Assembly: GCA_963734535.1 (NCBI GenBank)
Contig: CAVTHS010000007.1
Span: 128,001 to 192,000, forward strand
Length of the DNA stretch: 64,000 nucleotides
Source of the DNA: an uncultured Chloroflexia bacterium
GTDB taxonomy: Bacteria > Chloroflexota > Limnocylindria > Limnocylindrales > CSP1-4
Direction: 5' to 3'
Shown here in pieces: positions 21,418 to 31,104 of the stretch (position 1 is the stretch's first letter; each line of letters opens with the position of its first letter). Under the pieces are notes generated by a model. It was not told the DNA's origin, ran no database searches, and was given only the letters and a program-made list of their open reading frames with translations. Both the position numbers and the translations under genes were made by a program.

Positions 21418-21583
21418 TGCCAGCCGGCGACATCCGGCGGCCGTGGGCGCCATTGCCCGGCGGCCCTGCAGGGCTATGCTGGCCGAGTTCGCACGTCGCC
21501 GTCCAGGCTGGAGCGGACCCGTTGCACTTGCGACGCACCGAGTCCCGCCATGCCGCTCGGCAGAGCTCTGTTGGAGGCCATTG

Positions 21584-22648
21584 TTGGACCAGCCGGCAGA
21601 CCAGCCGTCGATCTCGGTCGTCGTGCCGGCCGTCAACGAGGCGGCCACGATCGGGCGAGCGATCTCGCCGCTCCTGGCCGACCCGCTCGGCGCCGGGCTC
21701 GAGGTCATCGTGGCTGTCGGTCCGTCGACGGATCGAACCCGCGAGATCGTGGTCGGGATGGCGGAGCGCGATCCCCGCATCCACCTCGTCGACAACCCGG
21801 CACGGATCACCCCGGAGGGCCTCAACGCGGCGATCCGCGCCAGCCGCGGCCGCGTCATCCTCCGGATGGATGCTCACGCGGAGCCGGACCGCGGGTACGT
21901 TTCGGCCTGCATCGAGGCGCTCGAGACGAGCGGGGCGTGGAATGTCGGTGGGCGCATGCGGAAGATCGGTCTGACCGCCGCCGCCCGGGCGTCGGCCGCG
22001 GCCACCTCGAGTCCGTTTGGGATCGGTGGCGGCCGACGATTCCACCTCCTGATGAAGCCGGAGGATGTGGACACCGTATGGCTGGGTTGCTGGCCCCGCT
22101 GGGTCTTTGAGCGTGTGGGTCTGTTCGACCCGGAGATGGTCCAGGACCAGGATGATGAGCTCAACCAGCGGATCGTCGATGCCGGCGGTGTGATCCGCTT
22201 CGACCCGGCGATCTCTGCGACCTATATCAGTCGCGGATCCTGGCTTGGGCTCTGTCGCCAGTATTTCCGCTATGGCTTCTACAAGGTCCGCGGTTTCCAG
22301 AAGCGCCCGGGGTTGCTCCGACCCCGCCACCTGGCTCCCGCCGTGCTGGTCGCGGGCGCCGTCGGCACCCTCCTACTGGGGCTGCTCACGCCATGGGGAC
22401 TGCTCGCGTTTGGCCTTGAGGTCGCAGCGTGGCTTGCGGCGGCCGTCGTGTTCGGTCGGCGGGTCGCCGCCGCCCACGACGCTACCCTCCTCGGGGTGGT
22501 CGTCGCCTATGCGTGTCTCCATATTTCATACGGGATGGGAACCTGGGTCGGTCTCGTACGCTTCGGCCGGCGCTGGTTCACCGATCGCGCCGGATCCGTT
22601 CCGCGACTTGACGCCCTGGCCGATCGAGATCTGCGTGGCGCCGGATGA
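21584..22648 (+). CDS. Glycosyltransferase family 2 (ExoA-like)
   Basis: SVVVPAVNE, STDRTRE, RMDAH, QDDELNQR, QYFRYG, C-terminal TMs; GGAGG upstream. Confidence 0.9.
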   Translation: MDQPADQPSISVVVPAVNEAATIGRAISPLLADPLGAGLEVIVAVGPSTDRTREIVVGMAERDPRIHLVDNPARITPEGLNAAIRASRGRVILRMDAHAEPDRGYVSACIEALETSGAWNVGGRMRKIGLTAAARASAAATSSPFGIGGGRRFHLLMKPEDVDTVWLGCWPRWVFERVGLFDPEMVQDQDDELNQRIVDAGGVIRFDPAISATYISRGSWLGLCRQYFRYGFYKVRGFQKRPGLLRPRHLAPAVLVAGAVGTLLLGLLTPWGLLAFGLEVAAWLAAAVVFGRRVAAAHDATLLGVVVAYACLHISYGMGTWVGLVRFGRRWFTDRAGSVPRLDALADRDLRGAG

Positions 22649-22807
22649 CGGTACGCGCGCGAGGCGGCCCGGGATACGCGATTCCGGTCACGTATGCTGC
22701 ACCGCGTGTCCACATACGCGTGTTGCGGGTGACGCCACCCGATCGGGGCCGCAGGTGACGCGGGCGAGGGACCGCATCGGCCGCACCCCTGCGGGTCGCG
22801 CCGGGCC

Positions 22808-24256
22808 GTGCTGACCCCCGCTCGACGGATCGGGGAGCTGCTCGGGATCGGCGAGCGGTCGTCGATGCTCGTCGCCGTCGCCGGGCTCGCGGCGGTCGGG
22901 GTCAGCGTTGCCCTGTCGACCCGGATGAACCTGCTGGTGCAGGTCGTCGGGATCGTCGTCGCCCTGCTCGCGCTGCTCATCAGCCTCCGCTGGCCGCTGT
23001 TGCCCCTCTTCATCCTCGCGTTCCTGATCCCGATCGAGGACGCGTTCGTGCTGGGAGGGCTGGGCACGATCAGTCGCATCGCGGAGCTCCTGCTCATCGT
23101 TTCGTACGGCCTGCCGCGACTGGGGCGACTGACGATGACGGCGATGCCCCTGGCGGGTTGGGCCTACATGGGCTGGGCGGCCCTGAGCGTGGGATGGGCC
23201 ATCGATCCGTCCGTCACGCTGCAGGAGCTGCCCACCCTCGGGCTGCTCTTCGCGACCGCGGTCGTGGTTGCCTCCGCCGTCGTCGACCGGCCGTCGATCG
23301 TCCGCCCGGTGCTCTGGGTCTACGCGCTGTCGGCCGCCGTGACGGCCACGATCGGCATCGCCGGTTACCTCCGGGGCGGGATCGGCGCCGCGGACCGGGT
23401 CGCCGCGTTGGCCGGCCAGGACGCCAACTACTTCGCGGCGTTCCTCCTGCCGGCGATTGTCTTCACCTTCTACGAGCTCCTGCATGGACGGCGGGTGGCC
23501 CTCGCGGCGGTCGTCGTCGTGGTCTGCGCATTCGGAATCATCCTGTCGGGGTCGCGCGGCGCGTGGCTGAGCGCCTCCGTAGTCGCCGTCCTGTACCTCC
23601 TGCCTCGGCTCCGGCCCGCACGCCGGGTCGTCGCGCTCGCCCTCATGGCGGGCGTGCTCGCCCTCGCGCTCCAGCTGCCCGGCGTTGCGGCCTTCGTCGC
23701 CGCGCGGAGCGACATCGCGCTCTCCTCGGGGGGTGCCGGGCGGACGGACATCTGGTCGGTTGGCCTGCTGATCTACGGTTCCGCCCCCGTCACCGGGGTC
23801 GGGCTCGCGAACTTCCCTGTCGCGTTCACGCCCGCACGAATGCGAGAGGCGAATGTCACGATCGCTCCGTATCGGCCCGCCAACCGGGCGGCGCACAACA
23901 TCGTGATCGGAACGCTCGGTGAGCTCGGCACCATCGGCCTGGTCATCCTCGTCCTGTTCGTGGTCCCGCTCCTCCTTCGGACCGGCTGGGGCCCCGACGC
24001 CGCCGCGGTGCAGGCCGCGCTCGCCTCGCTCGCCACGATGGCGCTGTTCATCGACCTGTACAACCGCAAGCAGGTCTGGCTGATCCTCGGCATCGCGGGC
24101 GGACTGGCCTATCTGGCCCGCCGAACGTCGACCGGCGTGACGACCGGCGGGCAGGCCGGCATCGCCCGTCCCGGGAATCGTGGCGACCCTGAACCCGGTA
24201 TCACGGCCCCTATCGCCGGCCGGCGGCCTGCGCTTGGAAGGGGCCGGATCACGTGA
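22808..24256 (+). CDS. O-antigen ligase / Wzy-like polymerase family membrane protein
   Basis: Many TMs, DANYFA, SGSRGAW, GRTDIW, GVGLANF, AHN...GELG. Confidence 0.88.
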   Translation: MLTPARRIGELLGIGERSSMLVAVAGLAAVGVSVALSTRMNLLVQVVGIVVALLALLISLRWPLLPLFILAFLIPIEDAFVLGGLGTISRIAELLLIVSYGLPRLGRLTMTAMPLAGWAYMGWAALSVGWAIDPSVTLQELPTLGLLFATAVVVASAVVDRPSIVRPVLWVYALSAAVTATIGIAGYLRGGIGAADRVAALAGQDANYFAAFLLPAIVFTFYELLHGRRVALAAVVVVVCAFGIILSGSRGAWLSASVVAVLYLLPRLRPARRVVALALMAGVLALALQLPGVAAFVAARSDIALSSGGAGRTDIWSVGLLIYGSAPVTGVGLANFPVAFTPARMREANVTIAPYRPANRAAHNIVIGTLGELGTIGLVILVLFVVPLLLRTGWGPDAAAVQAALASLATMALFIDLYNRKQVWLILGIAGGLAYLARRTSTGVTTGGQAGIARPGNRGDPEPGITAPIAGRRPALGRGRIT

Positions 24257-24374
24257 GCGGCCACGGCGAGGCGCGCGTGTCGAGAGGGTTCGGCGGCGTC
24301 TCGTTGCGTGCCGGGCGGATCGGGTCCGGGAGGTCGCTAGCCCGAGCCGGCAGCCGCTGGAGCGGAACGGGCGC

Positions 24375-25316
24375 GTGACCGGGACGCTGCTCCCGTCCGG
24401 TCCGCGGCGGACAACCCGGTCGATCGTGACGGGAGGGGCCGGCTTCCTCGGCAGCCACCTCGTCGACCGGCTCCTGGCGGAGGGCCACGAGGTCCTGGTC
24501 GTCGACGATCTGTCGAGCGGCCGGGCCGAGAACATCCAGTCCGATGCCCGGTTGGAGCAGCTCGACATCGCCACCGACGGTCTGGCGCGCGTCTTCCGCG
24601 AATGGCGCTCGGGCGTCGTCTTCCACCTTGCTGCGCAGGCGAGCGTTCCGGTCTCGAGCCGGATCCCTCTCCGCGATCTGGCGGTGAACGTCGTCGGGAC
24701 GCACCGGGTCGTCGCCGCGGCTCGCGAGTCCGGCGTGGGCCGGCTCGTGTTCGTGTCGTCCGGGGGCGCCGTCTACGGCGAGACGAAGCGCGCTGCGACC
24801 GAGCGGACGTGTCCCGCGCCCCGCTCGTACTACGGCGTCCACAAGCTGGCCGGCGAGGGCCACGTCGCGCTCGCCGGCATCCCCTACGCGATCGCCCGGC
24901 CGTCGAACATCTATGGTCCGCGCCAGGCGGCGGGCCTCGAGGGAGCCGTCGTGGCTGCCTTCATCGCGCAGGCCCTTCGCGACGGGACGCTGCAGATTCA
25001 CGGGAGCGGCTCGCAGACCCGAGACTTCATCCACGTGGCCGACGTGGTCGAGGCGCTCTGGCGACTGGGCCGACCCGAGGCGCAGAGTGGTACCTGGAAC
25101 GTGGCGGCGGGCCGTCGCGTCACGATCTCGGGCCTGGCGAATACCGTGGAGCGCGCTGTCGGGCGACCGCTGGACCGGGCTCATGGGCCCCGCCGTGCCG
25201 GCGACGTCACGGACTCCGCGATCTCGGCCGTGCGTCTCCAAGGCCTCGGATGGCGGCCGTCCATCGGCCTGTCGGCCGGCGTGACGTCGCTCGTGCGGGC
25301 AGCGCGGGGCCGCTAG
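24375..25316 (+). CDS. NAD-dependent epimerase/dehydratase (GalE-like)
   Basis: VTGGAGFLGSH, FHLAAQ, SSGGAVYG, YGVHK, NIYGPRQ, RDFIHV. Confidence 0.9.
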   Translation: MTGTLLPSGPRRTTRSIVTGGAGFLGSHLVDRLLAEGHEVLVVDDLSSGRAENIQSDARLEQLDIATDGLARVFREWRSGVVFHLAAQASVPVSSRIPLRDLAVNVVGTHRVVAAARESGVGRLVFVSSGGAVYGETKRAATERTCPAPRSYYGVHKLAGEGHVALAGIPYAIARPSNIYGPRQAAGLEGAVVAAFIAQALRDGTLQIHGSGSQTRDFIHVADVVEALWRLGRPEAQSGTWNVAAGRRVTISGLANTVERAVGRPLDRAHGPRRAGDVTDSAISAVRLQGLGWRPSIGLSAGVTSLVRAARGR

Positions 25317-25824
25317 CGCGGTGACGCGGGACCGAGGACCCGGGCGGGATTCCCGGCCGCGAACATGTTCGGTGGCAAGTCCTGCGTTACCACCGCTCCA
25401 GCCCCGATGACCGCGCCACACCCGATCGTGACGCCGTGAAGGATGATGGCGCGGCATTCGATCCAGACGTGGTCCTCGATCCGGATCGGCCCCCTGCTCT
25501 TCGCGTGGTAGTTGTTCTCCAGGATGTTCACGTTCCAGGAGATCAGGACCCGGTCGCCGATCTCGACCGAGTGGCATGCGTGGATCTCCGTTCGGTCGCC
25601 CCACTATTGAGTGGCGTCCAATACGAACGAATGCGGTCGCTTCGGGTGTTCGCAAATGGAGATCTTGACGCGAGACCAGAGGTGGGCGCGTCCTCCGATG
25701 CGGAACATCCGGCTGGATAACGTGCCACGCCTTGGTTAGGCTTTCGGCGTTGTTCGAACCGGGATGACGTTGTGAGACGGCCCGTTCGCCGTGATCGCCG
25801 GACCGTTGGCCACAGGATGCCCAT
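25313..25824 (-). CDS. Hexapeptide-repeat (LbH) acyltransferase, frameshifted
   Basis: VEIGDRVLISWNVNI, IRIEDHVWI, GVTIGCGAVIGAGAVVT, AGNPAR. Confidence 0.75.
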
Positions 25825-26128
25825 CGGCGATTCCCCAGCGAGTGTTGCCCGCAGGGCGTCGTTCGCGGCGATGTCTGCCTCGTGCGCAAACGGCCCAGCA
25901 GCCGACTGGGATTCGGTTTCAAGAGCCGTGGCCACCCGACGGGCATCGTCGTCCGGCGATGCGGCGATGCGGCGAGAGCCTCCCGTTCGATGTGCGCCGA
26001 ATGCCCACACCGAGCCTCGAGAGGCTCTCGAACTTGCGATCTGTAGTCTAGTCGGGACTGGGCCTTGCCAAGGCTGTCGCCAGGAATGTCACGCCGGCCG
26101 GGCGGTTCCCAGCGAATGCCGACGTCGC

Positions 26129-27979
26129 CTACCAGGAATTGCCCCCGCCATCGGTCAACGCCAGGTCGGTCCAGTAGCCACGGCCGGGCGTCGTGGTGCC
26201 GGAGTTCACCGCGTGGACGTTCTTGACGGTACCGGCCGCCGTCTCTACGGCGTCAAATGTCACGTTGCAGCCGTTGATGGTCCAGCCATCGATGTCGACG
26301 GCCGTCGCGTCGGCATCGATGTAGCCGGCCCGGTTGCAGCCGCTTGCGTTCCACCCGTGGAGCTGGAGACCGTCAACGGATGGGCTGTGGAAGGTCTGGA
26401 CAGCGTTGACGAGATGGGTGAGCTGCAGGTCCCAGCCGTTCGCCACGATATCCGAGGATCGATGCGTGTCATCAGAGCTCACGTACAGCGCGTGGCTCGT
26501 GCTGCCGCCGGCAGCGCCCGTGATATTGCGGACGATCAGGCCGTTGACCGCGACATGGTGCACCCAGCCCGTATAGACGAGACCCGTCGCCCCAAGGGTG
26601 TACCCGGTCGCTGTGAAACTGCCACCGGTGCCGGCCGCGTCGAATGTGATCGCGGCTGTCGCGAAGGTCGGGTAGCCCGGGAGGCCGACGTTGGCACCGA
26701 GGTAGAGGAGGCCCTTCCCGCTACTGTCGCCTTGGAACACCACCGCGGCACCCGGCGCAGGACGGATCAGGAGCGGGCGCGCCGTACGGTCGAGCCGGAC
26801 ATACAGATGCCAGCCCGAGTGTGTACCAGGGGCCATCTCGATGACATCGACAGACATGTCCGCCATCAGTGCTAGGAACTGCGTCGCGGTCCCGGACGCC
26901 GGGAACGTCACGACAGACAAGCCTGGAACCGGGGCAGGCGTGGTCGGCGTCGGCGTGGGCGCCGTGGTCTGCGTCGGCGTGGGCGCCGTGGTTGGCGTCG
27001 GCGTGGGCGCCGTGGTTGGCGTCGGCGTGGGCGCCGTGGTCGGCGTGGGCGCCGTGGTTGGCGTCGGCGTGGGCGCCGTGGTCGGCGTGGCGACCGGCGT
27101 GGCGACCGGCGTGGCGGCCGGCGTGGCGACCGGCGTGGCGACCGGCGTGGCGACCGGCGTGGCGACCGGCGTGGCGGCCGGCGTGGCGGCCGGCGTGGCG
27201 ACCGGCGTGGCGGCCGGCGTGGCGACCGGCGTGGCGACCGGCGTGGCGGCCGGCGTGGCGGCCGGCGTCGGCGCACTGCTCAGGCTGACGACGTCAAAGA
27301 GCGTGTAGGTCGGATCGGTCGCCCAGTTGTCGTCATGGTTGGTCAGCGTGAGGGTGACGGCGTGGCCGGCGGACCGGGCAAGGTTCGCGCTTGCCTGTGC
27401 CCACGTGCCCGTGTTCGTGCAGGTGCGGGGGAGCACGGTCGTTGTGGACCTGGTGACGGTGTCACGCACGGTCGCCGTCGCCCAGTCGTAGGCAACGGTG
27501 TCGGGGCAGGCGATGGAGTACCAGAAGCTGAGCGTGCCGCCCGAGGCGGGGACGGTGAAGGTCTGGCTGATCGAGCTATCGCCGTTCGTGACGGCGGTTG
27601 AGCCGCCCCGCCCTGCGCTGAGGCCTGCCTGGACGGGACTCGCCGTGATCGCGGTGGTCCCCGTGCGACTCCAGCCCCTGAAGTCGCCGGTTTCGAAGCT
27701 GCCATTCACGAGACCACCCCCGGGCGTGGGTGTCGCATTTGGCGTCGGCGCGGGTCGTCGGTAGGAGAGTAGCTCGCCAACGGCGCCGTTCGATCCGGCG
27801 ATGCGTCCGTTGACGGAATTATTCGAGGCATTGGTCGCGGCGAACGGAACCAGGAGGGCGCTGATACCGAGGATCATGACGCCGGTCGACAGCCAGTCCC
27901 GAATCCGGCGACGGCGCCGTGGCGCGGGTGACGGCGTAGGCGCTCGCTCGTCGACCCAGCGTGTTCCATCCCAAAACAT
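26129..27979 (-). CDS. Membrane-anchored surface protein: WDG-type N-terminus + TM, carbohydrate-binding-like domain, PT/ATP repeat stalk, beta-helix domain
   Basis: MFWDGTRW, TM segment, LVNGSFETGDFRGW, (ATPV/A)n, C-terminal beta-helix-like region. Confidence 0.8.
   Translation of the reverse strand: MFWDGTRWVDERAPTPSPAPRRRRRIRDWLSTGVMILGISALLVPFAATNASNNSVNGRIAGSNGAVGELLSYRRPAPTPNATPTPGGGLVNGSFETGDFRGWSRTGTTAITASPVQAGLSAGRGGSTAVTNGDSSISQTFTVPASGGTLSFWYSIACPDTVAYDWATATVRDTVTRSTTTVLPRTCTNTGTWAQASANLARSAGHAVTLTLTNHDDNWATDPTYTLFDVVSLSSAPTPAATPAATPVATPVATPAATPVATPAATPAATPVATPVATPVATPVATPAATPVATPVATPTTAPTPTPTTAPTPTTAPTPTPTTAPTPTPTTAPTPTQTTAPTPTPTTPAPVPGLSVVTFPASGTATQFLALMADMSVDVIEMAPGTHSGWHLYVRLDRTARPLLIRPAPGAAVVFQGDSSGKGLLYLGANVGLPGYPTFATAAITFDAAGTGGSFTATGYTLGATGLVYTGWVHHVAVNGLIVRNITGAAGGSTSHALYVSSDDTHRSSDIVANGWDLQLTHLVNAVQTFHSPSVDGLQLHGWNASGCNRAGYIDADATAVDIDGWTINGCNVTFDAVETAAGTVKNVHAVNSGTTTPGRGYWTDLALTDGGGNSW
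26941..27270. repeat. Intragenic tandem repeats: 12-bp unit (about 15 copies) plus 18/24-bp units
   Basis: GGCGTGGCG(A/G)CC repeats encode ATPV/ATPA; GGCGTCGGCGTGGGCGCCGTGGT encodes TTAPTPTP. Confidence 0.95.
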
Positions 27980-27990
27980 AGAGCGGCTCC

Positions 27991-28065
27991 ATTCGGCAAC
28001 CCGGCTGACTCTTGGAGTCCCGTGGCTTTGCGGCCCCGCCTCGCGACGGGTGTGCTATTTCGTGG
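27991..28065 (-). ncRNA. GEMM-I (c-di-GMP-I class) riboswitch, A20 variant predicted to sense 3',3'-cGAMP
   Basis: Minus strand reads CGAAAU-A-GCACA-CCCGUC-GCGA-GGCGGG-GCCGCAAAGCC-ACGGG-ACUC-CAA-GAGU-CAGCCGGGUUGCCGAA; GNRA-capped P2, GCAAAGCC junction, 3' CCGGGUUGCCGA; abuts the GGAG RBS of the 27979 gene. Confidence 0.88.
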
Positions 28066-28257
28066 GCCGGCCGGATCAGTGCAGCCAGCCACGCGTCCCG
28101 TGGTTGGACGTATGTCAGGAGAGTAGGAGTCGACGATCCGACGGGCTATCGGCAATTGGTACCGCCCGGGCGGCGAAGGGGCTAGTTGTAGCAAGGCCGG
28201 GGCTGTCGCGGGATATCCCCGCTTGTTCGCGGGATCTCCCGCCGGGCGGCGATCGCC

Positions 28258-29559
28258 CTACCCCTGGCCGGTGCTCGCGAAGTTCCGCAGGTAGGTCACG
28301 TTGTCCCAGCAGTTGACGGCCATGCCATCCGCCCAGGTCCGCAGCGTACGCCGAAGGTCCTGGCCCGCCCGCAGGTGGTCCAGCAGCGACTTCGTGATGT
28401 CCTCGCTGCTGCTTGCCAGGGCGAAGGCGTCGAACTCGGTCGTCGGCAGGCCGGCGGCCAGCATCAGCGATCCCATCTTGCCCTGCTTGGCGCTCAGGGC
28501 GACGACGGGCGCGCCGCCCCGCAGGGCGAAGATGGCCGTGTGCCACCGGCCGCCGATGTACGCGTCGGCGTTCCCGAGGAGGTCGACTCCCTGCTGGACC
28601 GGGGTGGTGGGCGCGACCAAGGGGAGATCGAGCTCTCGTGCCAGCGGCCGAAAGACCTCGAGCTCCTGCAAGCCGGAGAGCGTGAGGACGATCTGCCCGT
28701 CGTACACCGACCGCAGCTTCCGCACGAGCGCCGCGTAGTCCCTGGCGATCGCCGTGGGGCGCCAGGCCGTGCTGTGGAGCGACGATCCGCCGAGGCACAG
28801 GTATGGCTCCGAAGGGTCGAACGTCGCCGTGTCGGGCCACACGTCGAAGTAGGTCGGCCGTCGCGCGATGGCAGCCCACGTCTCCCGGGGCGCCGGCTCG
28901 AACCAGAAGGCGGTGTCGGCAGCGAAGCGTCCGTTGCAGAGCGTGGCACATTGTTCCGCCGACACGGGGTCACGAAAGACCACGTCATCGAAGAGCGGGT
29001 AGACGTTCTCGGCCATCCGGCGGAGCTCCGGATGGGCGAAGTCGGCGCTGTGGTTGACCATGATCACCGGCGTGCCGAGACTGCGCTTCGCCAGGTATGC
29101 CAGGAACAGGTCCGTCCTGGGGATGATCCCGTTGCCGACCATGGCCCCGTCGCCGTGGATGACCGCCACGTCGGCAGCCCGGATCGCGCCCACCAGGGAG
29201 GGCCAGGTTCCCGTCCTGGCCTCCAGCACGGCCTTGGCCGCGCCAGGGAAACCCTCCCAGCGCTCCGGTATCACGCGGTTGGCCGCCGTGAGATCGACTC
29301 CCTTGAACATCCTGCGCCTCGCGGCGAGGATGAAGGGCGGTATCAGGGCTCTCACAGCTTCCCGGACTCTGTTTCTCGGGGGATCCTCGAGGTGGGCGAA
29401 ATGCCCACCGAAGGAAGACAGGGCGAGGTCGTCCTCCGAGACACTTCGGACGATCCGGCCGCCTGATGCCGCGACCATCGACTTGAGGGAGATCGCCGCG
29501 GCCCTATCTCCCCAGTTCGCGTTCGTGGTCGAGTCGTTGATGAAGAGGACTTTCAACAA
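28258..29559 (-). CDS. Polysaccharide pyruvyl transferase family protein
   Basis: NWGD, HGDG, VFRDPVS, FAADTAF, IGGRWHTAIFAL. Confidence 0.8.
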   Translation of the reverse strand: MLKVLFINDSTTNANWGDRAAAISLKSMVAASGGRIVRSVSEDDLALSSFGGHFAHLEDPPRNRVREAVRALIPPFILAARRRMFKGVDLTAANRVIPERWEGFPGAAKAVLEARTGTWPSLVGAIRAADVAVIHGDGAMVGNGIIPRTDLFLAYLAKRSLGTPVIMVNHSADFAHPELRRMAENVYPLFDDVVFRDPVSAEQCATLCNGRFAADTAFWFEPAPRETWAAIARRPTYFDVWPDTATFDPSEPYLCLGGSSLHSTAWRPTAIARDYAALVRKLRSVYDGQIVLTLSGLQELEVFRPLARELDLPLVAPTTPVQQGVDLLGNADAYIGGRWHTAIFALRGGAPVVALSAKQGKMGSLMLAAGLPTTEFDAFALASSSEDITKSLLDHLRAGQDLRRTLRTWADGMAVNCWDNVTYLRNFASTGQG

Positions 29560-29621
29560 GGGCTCCGATCGCCACTCGCTCGCTCAGGTACACATACGGT
29601 CCGCGTCTCGCATCGTAGTCT

Positions 29622-31097
29622 TTGGTGCACAGTGACGAGTCGACTGAACGGGATCACCGTGCCAAGACAACGCCGGGCGATGACTTCAAGGGAAAGGCGG
29701 GAATCCCGCACGTGAGCCGTTCGCTCGAGACATGGCGACCGAAGTACTGGACGATCATCCGTTCCAGCGCCGCGCAGTTCCTCACCCCGCACGCAGATCC
29801 GGCGGCACGAATCTATCGTGACCTGCTGCAGCCGAAACTGTCGGAGGACATGCGGCACGAATTGCGCTCACTGGCGGCGGGAGTAGTTCGGCTGGCGCAG
29901 GGGTTCCTCGCCTCCATTGCCGGGAGGCGGCCCGCACGGTCGCGTTCAAGGCAACCCTACCTGCTGCTGGTCACGCCCAGGGAGTGACAAGTACGCACGT
30001 GAAGAGCGAGAGGTCAAGCAGGCATGTGCGGCACGAGGACTGCCCATCCTGAGGGTCCACTCCGACACGAGGGGGATCGCGTCGGATGACGATAGGGACC
30101 CTGCTGTTGCGGGATGTTCTCACCCCTCTCGATTACTGCCGGGTGCTGTGTCTTTGGCTGGCACGGTGCGCTGGTGCAATGCGCTGGTGGTTCTCCGGTG
30201 ATCGCAAGGCAAGAAGTCTCTCCGTTGCCGCGATACCCGGCATTCGTCAGTACTACCTCGATCGTGCCTTCGCCCGGCGGATCGAATCGCTCCACGGCAG
30301 ACCGCGCGCGGTCCTGACCATCTCCCCCTGGTCGGACGTGTCGGTGGCGATCGTCGACCACATGAGGAAACGCGCGATCGCTACTGCCGGCATCAGAACC
30401 CAGACCACCCTTCAGCTCGAAGAGCACCTGGTGATCAACACGGACGTGCTGTTCTGCAAGGGTGTTTGGGAGAAGGGATTGTATGCCCGTCTCTTTGGTG
30501 GGCATGGCCCCGCCCTGGTGGATGGATGTCTGCTCAGTCTGCCCGAGGAGTACGATCTCGAACCCCTTGCCCTGCCCGACGATTTTGTCCTGCTGTTGGG
30601 CACCGCGCGCCAATTCAACCAGGACGAGACGGACTACCGGGACGCCTGCCGCCTGCTTGAACAGGTGGCGGAGGCTTCGGGTTTGCCTGTTGTCTACAGA
30701 GCGCATCCTGCTCACGCTGAAGATGCGACCCAATTCATGAGCCGAAACGCCGCCCGTGGGAACGCCGTTGTTGTCACCGATATCCGTCGCAACCGCGAGT
30801 TGATCGATCGGGCATCGCTGATCGTCTCTGCGCACACCACGCTTCTCTACCAGGCGATGCTTATCGGGGATACCGGCGGTCATCGTCAACGCGGACGCGC
30901 CGGGCTCCCCGTCGGACGAGTTCCACGGCTCGCCCCTGACACGCGTCGAGCCTGAGCAGCTGGACCGTATCAAGGACTACGACTGGCGAGCCCTCCGCGA
31001 CTCCGCCGAGCACGCACGAGAGTGGTTCAGCCGCAACTACTTCCTCGACAAGGGCGCCGCGTTCCTGGTGGATTCCCTCCTTGAGCACGCTCCGTGA
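29622..31097 (+). CDS. GT-B-like protein, candidate nonulosonate (sialyl-type) transferase; several frameshifts
   Basis: ORFs 29622, 30086 and a tail ending at TGA 31097; YRAHP and IVSAHTTLLYQAMLIG motifs. Confidence 0.45.
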
Positions 31098-31104
31098 TGC
31101 GGTG

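Noticed and set aside
26941-27270. Repeat array as CRISPR
   Set aside because: No unique spacers, in-frame coding repeat, no cas genes.
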